Origin: Raja brachyura
Lineage: Eukaryota
Assembly (NCBI GenBank): GCA_963514005.1
Contig: OY740788.1
Location: forward strand, 54,746,001 to 54,810,000
Length of the DNA: 64,000 nucleotides
Direction: 5' to 3'
In this document: positions 13,130-24,760 of the stretch, in pieces
How positions within the stretch are numbered: position 1 is the stretch's first letter
Layout of the letters: the number at the start of each line of letters is the position of its first letter
Position numbers and translations under genes: made by a program
The notes under the pieces: model-generated
Seen by the model: the letters and a program-made list of their open reading frames with translations, nothing else
Told to the model about the DNA's origin: nothing
Database searches by the model: none

Positions 13130-13224
13130 CTGAAGAAGGGTCTCGACCCGAAACGCCACTCATTCCTTCTCTCCAGAGATGTTGCCTGTCCCGCTGAGTT
13201 GCTCCAGCTTTTTGTGTCTATCTT
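13130..13224 (+). mobile_element. PLE terminal repeat with hammerhead core (triplet mutated to GCC)
   Basis: CTGAAGAAGGGTCTCGACCCGAAACGCC followed by the family tail ...GCTGAGTTGCTCCAGC...GTGTCTATC. Confidence 0.8.
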
Positions 13225-13395
13225 CGTGCAAAGGCAGATGCTGGTCAGCTGCTATTAGAGTCATACAACGAAGAAGAAGGTCTTACGGCTCATCATGCCC
13301 ATGCTAAACATTTACCCGTATTTGGCCCGTAGTCTTCTCAGCCTCGGCGACTCAAGTCCTTATCTAAATGCCTCTTAACTGTTTTGATAATATCC

Positions 13396-13720
13396 GAAGA
13401 TAGACACAACATGCTGGAGCAACTCAGAGGGACAGGCAACATCTCTGGAGAGAAGGAATGGGCGACGTTTCGGGTCGAGATCATTCTTCAGAATGTCCGC
13501 CTCCACTACCTCCATAATTGAATCTGAAGCAGGGCCCCGTTCCGAAATGACGCCTATCCATGTCCTCCAGCGATGCTGTCTGAAGAAGGGTCTCGACCGG
13601 AAACGTCACCCATTCCTTCGCTCCAGAGGTGCGGCCCATCCTGCTGAGTTATTCCAGCTTTTTGTGTCTATCCAAGCTTTGTGTTCTACGCATGATTGCA
13701 GCATCTGCAGTTCCTCGTGT
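13396..13720. mobile_element. PLE terminal-repeat element: inverted arm plus tandem units
   Basis: Minus arm 13396-13491 with a core; degenerate plus core 13524-13551; plus core with both boxes 13580-13607; family end GCATCTGCAGTTCCT. Confidence 0.8.
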
Positions 13721-14599
13721 CGACGTCCGGAGTTCAGGGTTAACCATTTTACGCGAAAAAATGCCCTTCCAATCCTCCTATCTCCCATCTGCCTTCTTCG
13801 CATATGTACCCCCATCAAGGGAAAGGGATTCTTACCATCCATTCCCCTGATAATTTCTCGGGGATGGATGTTACTTTTCTTCCCCCTTCTTGAAAAGGAG
13901 ATTCACGCGTCTATGAAAATGTCATCGTACCATATTCGAGAAACAGGCGCTTCAAAATTCACCATGACCCGTCTGCTGGGACCGCTCCAACTGAAAGGCG
14001 TAAATACGGGGTAAATGTTCTTAGAATGTACAGGATTAGACGAAAACGAAACCAAGGAAGAGACTTGAATGATGTGTCTTCCCCCGCCTACCCATTCCTC
14101 AATAAAGACTCATGGCCGATTGCAGACGAGACGCGGGCACATTATAACAACTACCGAAAGCACCAAACGTAATCCCTAAAGTGCACTTACAAGACATACC
14201 TGTGGTGATGTGGGAGCGTTAATACTCTGCATTATGTTGCACAAATACATTAACAGGAAAAATCAATGTTACACAAAACTGACAGGTGTCCAAAATGAGT
14301 AAACGCTCCTTCCTCGGTATATAGACGGAGCGTAATTATTCCCTCATACAAGGGGGTCAGCAACAGGCTTTCCAATTAAGTGATTGATCAAATAAGGGGA
14401 ATAATCTGCTCGAATTGCCAAGTGTGTACGGGCAGCTCAACCGAGAAAAATGTAGTTGCGCGCAAGTAATAGGATCACATGCGATTTTTTTGTAAGTCCT
14501 AATCAGTTATTTTTATTCACCTTCTCTTTCGCGATCATTTTGCAACTTGTTCTTCCTCTGAAAATAAAACCGCACACAGATACCTACATTCTTCGAGAT

Positions 14600-14728
14600 G
14601 CAGGAAACTGTATGTGGTGGTGCACAACAGTAAAATACACAAAGTATTGCACTTATTCAGCGGGTCAGAGAGCATCTCTGGAGAACATGGATACGCGACA
14701 TTTCTGGTCGGGACCCTTCTTCAGACTG
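14600..14728 (-). mobile_element. PLE terminal repeat
   Basis: ...CAGCGGGTCAG...GCATCTCTGGAGAAC...GACCCTTCTTCAGACT. Confidence 0.7.
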
Positions 14729-14811
14729 TATCCAAGCAAATCAAGAAGAGGATACATGGATTCACCGATTCATCACATATACGCGTGAATTGGGCATGGG
14801 CGTATCACAGT

Positions 14812-15478
14812 GAATCGTTGAATTGGAAAAACTTGAGCTGCTAAGAAGGCAAGGAAGAGGTCTTCCATACATTAGACGGAGGGCACACACTTTGGGCAGA
14901 ACAACCATATATATATATAAGCATTTGCGTGTGTGTGTTATATTATATTCATGGCCAAGCATACTCAACCATATGCTTGTATGAGGCACATAACCACACG
15001 CAGAGCCGTAACAGCTGTCCCGCAACAGCGAGCGCGATATAAATGTCCACTTTTTAAAATAGCAGGAAATAGGAGAGGAATGATTGGAAACCAATCTGTT
15101 GAGTGCTTCCAATTGGCTTCCCGGAGCAACGGCGGATGCGGAAATATTGAAATAACATCCTTTGCCCGTTTTGACCCATAAGATGGAAAGTTCGCGAACT
15201 GTCGACCAGCAGACATCCACCTGCGTGCTCGTGCTTACAAAGACCTTCTGAAGAGCAGTGTTTAGGGACATAAGTGGTTAAATAGATTGACCAAGTGAAA
15301 CCAAAATAGTGGCGTTAAGGCAACAAGGTATTTTGTTCGAAAGAGGATATATCATAATGAAGTATGTTCAAAAATATGCCCTGGGGAATCGTTGAATGGG
15401 CAAAACTTGGGGAGCTGAGAACGCAAGGAAGAGATCGTCTATACGTTAGGCAGAGAGCACACGCAGTGGACAGAACAA
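14812..15478 (+). repeat. Diverged 93-bp direct repeat (14812-14904, 15386-15478)
   Basis: Ungapped alignment, 75/93 identical by hand count, offset 574 bp. Confidence 0.85.
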
Positions 15479-18400
15479 TAAAAAAATCTAAACAATGAAT
15501 AACCTCACGCTATTTTGACAATGGCATGTAATTTTCCCAAACCGTGATCATTTTCTTAATTCTGGAGACTCACTTTATGACATATCATGCACCTATGTGT
15601 CCACATTGTTATTGTGTAATGCATGTTTCTACTTGCACATCCTTGCATCCATCGAAATGACACAACTAATGCGTGCCTTAGACCTGCCAAAGTAGGTAGT
15701 ATTTCAAAACGCAGCGAGACAAAATGGACCTATTAGAGCCCTGAACCCGATGCACTAGCAACATAAGTGCTGAAATGTGCCGTAATGTTTAACACTTCAA
15801 TTTGTTGATGTATTATGCATTGTCTAACATGACTCCTGTAATGTCTTCGTTTCTCTACAGGCAGCTATCGTTTGATACCTGCTTTAAATACCTAACTGCA
15901 AACTAATGTGGATATATTATTTCCGCACATGACGTGTTCAAGTATTTATAACTAATTAACTTTTATGGCATTATCAGCATCATATTCAGAACAAGTGCCA
16001 CCATCCAGTTAAGATTCCATGACAAACGATTCACTACGTTCAACCTCATTTAAATGAATATATATCGTAGGTATGAGATAAGGTGGAAAAAGCACTGTCT
16101 ATAATTTATTTTTAAAATACATCAGATTTCGATATATACAAAATAATAATAGATCAGTTTGTATTTGATATATCCAAATATTTCAGTCACATTCTATTCA
16201 TTTGCATTCGCATACCTGCATCTCGAACAGCCAAGTACTAAAAAAAATGCGTTTGGGACCTCGAACAATCAAGTTTTCCGTGCTGGAAACTTTAGGCATA
16301 TTTACTTTATAATTTAGACTCAACATATGTAAACGTCCCAATTAAGTCTTGTACTGTTTCAATATGTTCTTTTGGAAAATATGCTTAATACGTTGACATT
16401 ACATCGCGTAATGATCACGTGCTAGATTATATCAGGATTCTAAGATATTAATGTATGATCAAAACAATCTTTGAACTTGGTAATTCATAATAATCCAGTC
16501 TACCAATGTAATGTTGATGCGATATCGGATGTCGCGATAACTATGGATCTGACAATAACGTTTATAGCTTCCACTTGGAAATGTTTCCGAAAACACAAAA
16601 GTAATCTAAAAGTAAAATGAATTCAACGGCAAACGGCCTGTCTCAGAGGAAGAATAACTCATAGAAATATTAATCCCACCATTTCAATTACAACCTATAA
16701 AAAATAGTGTTTAATTCCATTTAATCCACAAAAGGAATGGTGGGGTTAAAACTGGACTGAAATTATCTTGGAACAGAGTGAATGTTCTATCAATTTTCTT
16801 CATTTGAATGAAGATAAATTAATTAAACTCTTGTTGCTGTCTTCCATGCCGAGGCTCCACAATCAGCCTGGAAAGGCCGTGATCCCATCTGCGTCTGACA
16901 ACAAATCAAAGTTCAAACAGGCGGCTTATGTGGCAGTTGATCCTGTATCATATCCTTCAATTACTATTTAATAGAATTACAGTTTTAAATCCAAATAGTC
17001 TTAAAGAATGATTTTTTTTTATCAGCAAAGAATGAACATAACAGCGAAACAAGAATCGAACGCGCCGTACGGTTGCGTGAATGAAATCAACTAACAGGTC
17101 ACACAGTTCCTAACATTCCCTGCTCAAATCACCACCGCAAGTTCTCCGTTGTTAATTACTTAAATTCAACCATGGAATTATTTTTTTAAAATCCGTTTTG
17201 TAATTGAAAATAGTAATTTTCGATTAAATGTGTCTCAGCAATTTGCATCGGGTCGAAGCAATGTTGGGAAAGAGAAACACATTATGTGGCTCCTGAAGAG
17301 CGCGTGTTTTAACGTCCTGGATTTTTACTTAAACAACTTTCCTGCAACTTTCACCATCGTGCATACCCTACGCCCGCCCTTCAAAAACAAATACACATTT
17401 ACGGGAAATATAAACCTACATAAACTATCCCGGGACAAGATCGCGCACACCAATTAACAATAACTAAACACCCTGATCTGGAAGGTTGAAAATAAAGTGA
17501 TTGTAATAAAAGATAAGGACGCAAGTTATTCGGCAAACCAAGAATAAACGTTCATATTACATTATGCATATTATAATTATAATATTAATCTTTTTTGAAA
17601 ATGGTGATTATGAAGTTGCAGAATGTTGGGGTATCATGAAGTTTCATTACGTTCAGCTACCAGCGGCTCCATGCAAAAACAAATAAATGGCTAGTCATCG
17701 GGGATGTAATATGGACAATGAAAGGTGAGAAATATGATCGATTAAAGTGAGTTTCAACGTATATTTAATGAGAATTTAGAATTACATTAAACAGCTTATT
17801 TCAGTAAGTTATGATCATCTATTTCCAAATTAAAACGAATTAAATGCTATTCAGAAATTTCTTTCGACATTGACCACACTTCAATTTATTAACGTTAATA
17901 CTTTGTATTTCAATAAAAGACTAAATTTCTCGCCTGCGTCGGGAAGATACCACATACATGTGCGGTATCCATGGTACAACGGGGTAAAAGCAAAATAATG
18001 TGAAGTTCTTTGCAGCAGGAGCTGTCGGTCTATATCTTATCTCTGTGATTCTTCCCGTACTTCTAGACTGGAATATATCAGGCTGATTGCCTTTCCCCGA
18101 GTCACTCCGAGTGCTGCATAGAGCTGGAGTAAGGACCGCATGGCTACACACGAATAAAATAAAATTCTACTCTGCTAAACTGCCAAATCATCGCAAATCG
18201 GAACAGACCACGTTCATAGCGCAACCGTTTTTTAGGTGGCTATCGCATTGAAACCAAAAATTGAAATCACCTCAGTAAATACAAAATAAAATATCCTAGT
18301 ATTCGATATGAACACACAATGCCAAAATAATTTGTATCAATGTGTTTGTTTGGCAACAATACAATTATAATGGGTGGGTGGGTAGATGCATTATAGCAGA

Positions 18401-21400
18401 TTTCTTGCTTCTAAACTGGGGACGCCGAAAATAAACGCAGAGTTAGACGCGCCCTCGTGTAAATAGAAAATAGTCCATATTTCTGTGCTTGTGGAATGGC
18501 CTTTCAAATGGCATGCTACGTGTCGGGTCTCAAGCACCGAACTCGTCACCAAGGCACACAGAGAGACAGCAGCTGTGGTCTCTATGCTGCGCTTCTTGAA
18601 TGCTTTGGTGCATTTGGCATATTACCGCCCGAGTGGAATATGGAAGTCAAATGCTGCCTATGCCATCTGTTTGACGGCTTTAGATAAATTTCATCTTCAT
18701 CAACAGTGAGACTAGTCATGGATAATAAACTAATGGAGGTTTGAAGAAGACCCATCGATAATAATCGGTATTGGGCAAGCTGAGGGAAACCGCCCTGGCT
18801 CGGCACTTGCGATAGGCCGTATCTTGCCGGGGCAGGAGGATTTAACAAATCAGAAAGCTTAAATTAGGATTTTCATTGATTTCCGTCTCAATCCACTACC
18901 CAAGAACAAACCAACCCCAAATCAGTAGACTTCTCTACTCTTACTAAACCATCCTAAGATCTCCATTGTAAAGCATTCTTTAAAGGCATATACTGCCAGC
19001 GCTGCCACTTTCAAACTACAGACCATTATTTCAAAGAGCTTTCACTAATAAGTGGATGTTATCTCTGCTCGCCTGACACGATTTGTTCTGGCAGCTGAGC
19101 TCAACTCACTCTTTGAAATTAACACGGCGGGAGCGCGCATGCTCGCCGCTTCTCCGCGGAGCGGCCTGCTGCTTCCTTCCTGCAAACCCAGCTCCAGCCA
19201 AAATTATAATCCAGTGCCGCGTTTTGCTCTTTCTCCCTCGGTCCTCAGCACAATCTCACCGACTTTTGTGCAGGATCTCAAGCAGGCGCTTCGATCACTT
19301 TTGTATGGCAGCCTTTTATTTGGGTCGCTTTTCTCCCCAGTGTGGTGTATTCAACGGCAAAATAAAAACCACCGTACGTTCAAATCCAAATCGACCAACA
19401 GAGTTTGTAAAGATTTCTGAGTTGTATATCATTAATAATCCTTACACCCATGTATATTACTATTAAACAATGATACTTGCCGAACCCAGATATTAATACA
19501 ATGCAATATTTAAAATATATACTCTTATTTACACTGCAGTAATGTAAAATACAGTTTCTATATAACCCAATGTTCTTAACAGGTTTTACTGTAAATTATC
19601 AAAACACTGGATAAATTGTAACTTACTTTCTTCAAAATAAAAAAAAGAACAAATTCAGCCCAAATAGGAAAGGCGCCGTGAAAGTCCCACTTCAAAAACA
19701 TATTATTGCATTTTCATTATGAAATCAAAAACCGTCTCTCTTTTTCAGAGTTTTTCTACTCAGATGGGTTTCAATAGAAACAGAAATCCGCAGCGGAAAG
19801 ATTACGTTCCTCGCACACAAACAACAGCTCCAAAAGATTCAATTGTCACCCATCCAGCGCATACTGAAATGCGCCGTTGCCAAGTAGTTAAAAAGATTGG
19901 CGTGAACACGAACTTTTCATGAAAAATCCAAATAATGTAATCAATGGTTACATCTATTTTATTTTTTTGGTTTGTGAGATTGTAGCTCTACCAAGAAAAT
20001 TAATACGAGTTACGTCTGTGCGAAATAAGAAAGTAGGAATCACTCCGTTCATTGATAAAATGACACAAAACCAACTTGTCCCTAATCAGCATTCATAACT
20101 TCGGAAAGTTTGGCAGGCTTACCACTGTGTCATCCATACCTTTATGTCTATGAGATTTATTACAAATGTATCCTCATGTTGACATAATATAGATGTATGT
20201 GTATACCTCTGTGTAATCAAAATTAATCAATGTTTATTAATCAAATTGCAAAACCATCTATCGTTTAGTCCTGCTTGCTATTTTCTTCAGTTAACCGTTG
20301 GGCCTCATTTAAATCTCGTTTTAGTTGCCAGAAAAACTGGTCACGGAAATTCTCGATCAGTTATCCAAAGCACACAGGGATAGATTTCAAAAACTTCACA
20401 AGTGAAAACAAGTTCAGGGCTCAGTTCTATTTTTAATTCACGCTTGAATTAACAGCCCGGGGCAATGAACGACATTAGTGCAAAGGTGCTGGTGGTGGAC
20501 TGTTAGTCATGCAAATAAAGACTTCTTTCAACACTTCACAATGAACTTAAGATTCACGGGGAGGAGCTGTAATATGATTAGCTGATTAAATGGCGAGTCC
20601 CCGTATTTACTGTTTTCATTTACCGCCATAAATAGGAGGAAGTTAGTGTCTCAACCCACATTTCTTGTATAATTAGTCTATATCAATTGCTGAAAACATG
20701 TTCCTCGGATGTGGTTACTTTGTGGAAATAGTGTACCGATGGGGAAAAACGCACATGTAACTTTCTTTCCCACTGATCTTTGAAATGACACAAATACAGA
20801 AATTACGTAAATGCGTGATGTTAACCTTTATAACGTTAAAAGCTTTGATTAAAAAAAATCAGCAAAAAAAAAAGACAAATAGGTCTTGTTTTCCGCTTTG
20901 GCGTGTCAGCGAACGCTATGCGCCGTTTACTAAATGTCTACGGATAAGTATTTCGAACCATTAAAATACTTTGAAGAGAAAGACACGACAAGCCAGCAGG
21001 TATAAGAAAACGGAATACTATATTTTGAGTTAGAAAGGTTTTTTTTACATATAGATAAACACGCAGTTGAAGAAACAGTGACTAATAAGCGCCCAACATG
21101 AAGGGGAGTGATATAATATAACTTCATTCTGACTGAAAATACCCAAAATAGCACTTTGCATAAAGTTACATCGCAACAGATCTATCCAGCTGGGCTTTAC
21201 CCCACCCACCCATTTTGTAGAGAACCTAGCACTTTCGTCAGACGCTTCACACAATATGCATAAAAACACTGAGTCTGTGATCGAGAGATAGAGAAAGAAG
21301 GAGAAACAGAAGCATTTCATATACAGGCATTTCTACACATATATTACAAACTGGGAGGATGATCGCGTCATTAGATATACATAATTCATATAAAATTTTG

Positions 21401-21763
21401 AAATAAAAATAAAAATCTGTTACAGTCATAACTATTCTTTCACATAACCAGTACCCACATAGGCAGTAACAGAAGTGTAGAAAAAGGTGCTTACGAAAAA
21501 TGATTGTCTGCAGAACAGAAAAAAACGATTGCAGCTTGGCTTCGGGGGGTCTGACCAGCACTCGGACTATAGAGAGCAACAAAGGCGACGAAAATTCTCT
21601 CATTCCCTCTTCATTGCAGTTCCTTGTAAAAAATATTAATGTAGATTATTATTTCCTCAGATATAAAATACATCATGCAATACGGGGGCCTCCATGGAAA
21701 ACGCTGGATCAGATGTGCTCGTCCTTTTACTGTTCGGCCACTTTCTTTTCTTCTCGAATCTGT

Positions 21764-21769
21764 TTTATT
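21764..21769 (-). terminator. Candidate proximal polyadenylation signal (AATAAA) of SIX3
   Basis: AATAAA on the minus strand ~125 nt after the stop. Further AATAAA at 20238-20233 and 20161-20156 could be distal sites. Usage unknown. Confidence 0.3.
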
Positions 21770-21894
21770 TCTGTCTTTTAAAAATTGTCATTAAATTGTC
21801 TTTTTTTTTATGTTTGTCTTACATCTCAGGTCCATATTCCTCTGTGAATGCATTACGAATCTGTCTCTCTCTCTCTCTTTCTCTCTCTTTTGTA

Positions 21895-22087
21895 TCATAC
21901 ATCACATTCACTGTCGCTGGAGGTTACCGATAGGATGGACGTGGCCGTTTCGGCTCGCTCTGTCATGCTGGACACGCTGGTGGTAGGGCTGGCGGCTGTG
22001 GACGGAGATTCCGCCGCGCTGTGAGCAGTGCAGCCCGCCTCCGATAGCGTACAAACCCCACTCTGTCCGACTGCCTGATGTTGCAGC
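21895..22087 (-). CDS. six3: SIX3 coding exon 2 (C-terminal tail)
   Basis: Acceptor TTTTTACTTTGCTGTTTGACCCGCATAG|G; reads (R)[63 protein letters not shown], the canonical Six3 C-terminus. 683+193=876 nt, in frame, 291 aa plus TGA. Confidence 0.97.
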
Positions 22088-23671
22088 CTATGCGGGTCAA
22101 ACAGCAAAGTAAAAAAGTGGGCGAAAGACAAATAAAAGCATAATCAGGCAATATGATAGGATAATAAATCCAAGGGATGTACATATTTACAAAATTACTT
22201 GAAATACCGCGCTGCTGAAAAACCATGCAGTCTAGCATTTTTAAATTATATTTAAAATAATATTTTAACGAAAATACGTCGGACTGAAATCTTACTTAGA
22301 AGTTGGTAAAATCTTCCCAATTCGATAATTAAATTATTAGATTATAATTCGCTTGCCGATTTCAACTAACAGAATGCACTGTGTTGTAAACAGTTGCACT
22401 CCATTGTGCTTTAAAAGTTATGCTTAGTTTCATTGTCAAGCTGGTCATAAACGTGTTTCTCGAAAGCTAAAATTGTAAGTGGTCTTGTTTGTTTTATGGA
22501 AAGACACACGCTTAAATTATGTTTCAAGATACGAATAAATCCAGTGTTTACTATGCACCCTTTCAGTAATTAATATTTATAATGTCAACTGGAAGTGCTT
22601 AGAAGGACATTGAAGGTTAGCAAGACAAATATAATGAGTTTATTTTGGATACAAATATTGCTATAGTCATCAAATCAAATAATGCCCAACATTCATTTGA
22701 ATGCCGGCCAAGTATACATTCTTTGTTTTGCTGAAAGAGCTAATATCATGTTTATAATATTGAGTAGGTTCCCATTAACTGTTAGGAAAATAGTGTCACC
22801 CTGCCTATATTTCTGTCAATTTATCCAGAACAAGGGAGCCGATTGTGTTGCAGTATGTGACAACATACTGATAGGATTTCGCATATCACGCTATAAAATG
22901 CCCTGTGTTTTTTTTAATCTTTCTGAATCAGTTTACCCTTTATTTTATCTCACTGCAATTGTGTTTCTCTTACTTTCGAAATAGGCAGTCACTGCTTTGT
23001 GTATCAGTTCACTTTTTAGAAAGTACCGCATTCTTCGTGAAGCTACAATTCCACATTATCTTCTAGTTCCACCCTTCCATACTCTAAATGTATTTATTTT
23101 TGCACAAAATCAACCAGATGACGTGACGCGTGCTGTGGTTCTGAATCAGAAAAAACTCATTTATTTTCATGCCGCACTCTCCAAATGCCCGTGTTATGCT
23201 TTACTACAAGGACACGGACATGAGTAAAAAAATGTTTATGGTGAATTTTATGATTAATTACGATTATCTTATCCAACTACAATGAGCAACTAAAACCCTC
23301 AAGTCTTTTATTTTTAGTGAAATCGCATTTGGCCATTGGTGGTGTATTTTTGTTGCCAATCCCGAGGTACCAGTGTCGCTAGTTGTTTTACAATTACTAA
23401 TTATGTATTGCTCTAAATCATTCGGCAACTTCTTCCTAAATCAATTAGTAAGTTTATTTATTGACCAAACTGATTAGAAAAGTTTAGCTTGTGATCCCAT
23501 TTTGCCCCGGCCTATGAAAAAAGTTGCAAACATTCAGGTACTTAAAAAATAAGGTATGTCTTACAAGGCAATTTATTGTGATTTACTGATCACTTGCTGT
23601 GTCCCTGAAACAGTATTTAAATGTTAATTTGACGCGCTGGGAACAGGGTAGCCTGGAAGGAAACCACGAAC
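22088..23671 (-). other. six3: SIX3 intron (1584 nt, GT-AG)
   Basis: Joins the two exons in frame at the KNR|LQHQ position typical of vertebrate Six3. Confidence 0.93.
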
Positions 23672-24354
23672 CTGTTTTTGGCGGCGGCAGCTCTGTCTCT
23701 CTGCCTACGGTTTTTAAACCAGTTCCCTACTTGAGTCGGCGTGAGGCCGGTTGCCTGGGCCAGTTCCCTTTTTTTGGAAGGGTTTGGGTATGGGTCCTGC
23801 AAGTACCATTCTCGCAACAAGCTGCGGGTCCTCTCTTTGAAACAGTGCGTTTTCTGCTCGCCGTCCCAGATGGTCCGGGGCAAGGGAAACTTCTTGCGGA
23901 CGCGGTACTTATCGACCGGCCCCAGTGGGCGACCCCTCAATTTCTCGGCCTCTTGGTAGTGCGCTTCGAGCCACATCGCCTGCAGCTTGCCGTGCGATTC
24001 CTTCGTGAACTTGTGGTTCTCCAGGATGTGGTACAAGTCTCGGAAGTTGCCCGTGTGGAAGGCTACAACCGCCCGGGCTCTGAGGATCGACTCGTGTTTG
24101 TTGATTGCCTCGCATGCCCCCGGCGCCACAGGTAAAGACCAAAGGAAACGTCCCAATCTTTCGATGTCTCCCGTTTCCTCCAGCGTCTCGCAAACGCTGG
24201 CCACTTGCTCCGGAGTGAAATTGATGGTCGGTAGCTGGAACATTGACAACTCTTCTTGGGGCTGGGAGCTGGCTAGGAAGAGAAAAGCGCTCTCGGTTGA
24301 GTTTGGCAGGAGAGGCAGAGCGCTGTACAGCTCTAGCTGCGACCTGAACACCAT
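23672..24354 (-). CDS. six3: SIX3 homeobox gene, coding exon 1 (N-terminus, SIX domain, homeodomain)
   Basis: Translation [11 protein letters not shown]...[56 protein letters not shown]...[70 protein letters not shown] marks the Six3/6 class; the MVFRS extension and VAPG insert mark Six3 rather than Six6. ATG at 24354-24352; phase-2 donor AG|GTTCGT at 23671. Confidence 0.97.
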
Positions 24355-24404
24355 GGACTGGCCTGATGATTTGAAAAAGCACAAAAACGTGTCAGATGCA
24401 ACGA

Positions 24405-24760
24405 AATCGACTAATGTCACACTCCCTCATATTATATCCCCAAAATACTGTGTGGAGCGCCGGTGTTTTTTTTCGCTTTTTCTATTGGGTCTTGCAGTGT
24501 CGTTGTGCCGTCGCCATGGCGTCGCTGTCTATCACTGTCAAGCGTGCCAATCAACCAGCGGAACGTAGAGGCATCCACCACTTCGGGGCTGTGCAGGGGT
24601 TATCTGAAATACATCTCCACATCGCCCACCTACCTCTCCAAAAGTTCACATGTGAAAACCTCGCTGCGCACATATTGCTGAATGGGACGAGTGATTAGAG
24701 GGCGAAAATATTACTGCGATCGTTACAATTCTCCTTAAGTCTGGAAGATAGGGGGGGAGC
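24405..24760 (-). promoter_or_regulatory. SIX3 proximal promoter / 5' UTR region
   Basis: Directly upstream of the ATG and CpG-rich. TATA-like GATATAAT (24438-24431), CCAAT (24488-24484), palindromic X-box-like CGCCATGGCG (24512-24521), TGACAG (24540-24535), TGATTGG (24553-24547). TSS not determinable from sequence. Confidence 0.65.

Noticed and set aside
5004-13720. Regular short repeats as a CRISPR-like array
   Set aside because: Eukaryotic DNA; the repeats are PLE terminal repeats without a repeat-spacer structure.
13493-14014. 173-aa ORF and other 60-190-aa ORFs in the track
   Set aside because: They span repeat remnants, microsatellites or N gaps and show no protein-family motifs other than TE fragments.
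21151-21235. Two GCACTTT miR-17-family seed matches in the SIX3 3' region
   Set aside because: They lie on the plus strand, antisense to the mRNA.
22088-22131. ORF-track start [14 protein letters not shown] for exon 2
   Set aside because: This is the translated polypyrimidine tract and acceptor of the intron.
23672-24354. Possible SIX6 or SIX7 identity
   Set aside because: The MVFRS N-terminus, VAPG insert and the [15 protein letters not shown]...SDSECDV tail are Six3-specific.
24355-24420. ORF-track N-terminal extension of SIX3 (MTLVDF...)
   Set aside because: It starts at a GTG; the conserved start is the ATG at 24354 (MVFRS).
23599-24568. Long antisense and alternative-frame ORFs over exon 1 (178, 193, 157 aa)
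   Set aside because: Shadow ORFs of a GC-rich coding exon, with no recognisable domain.
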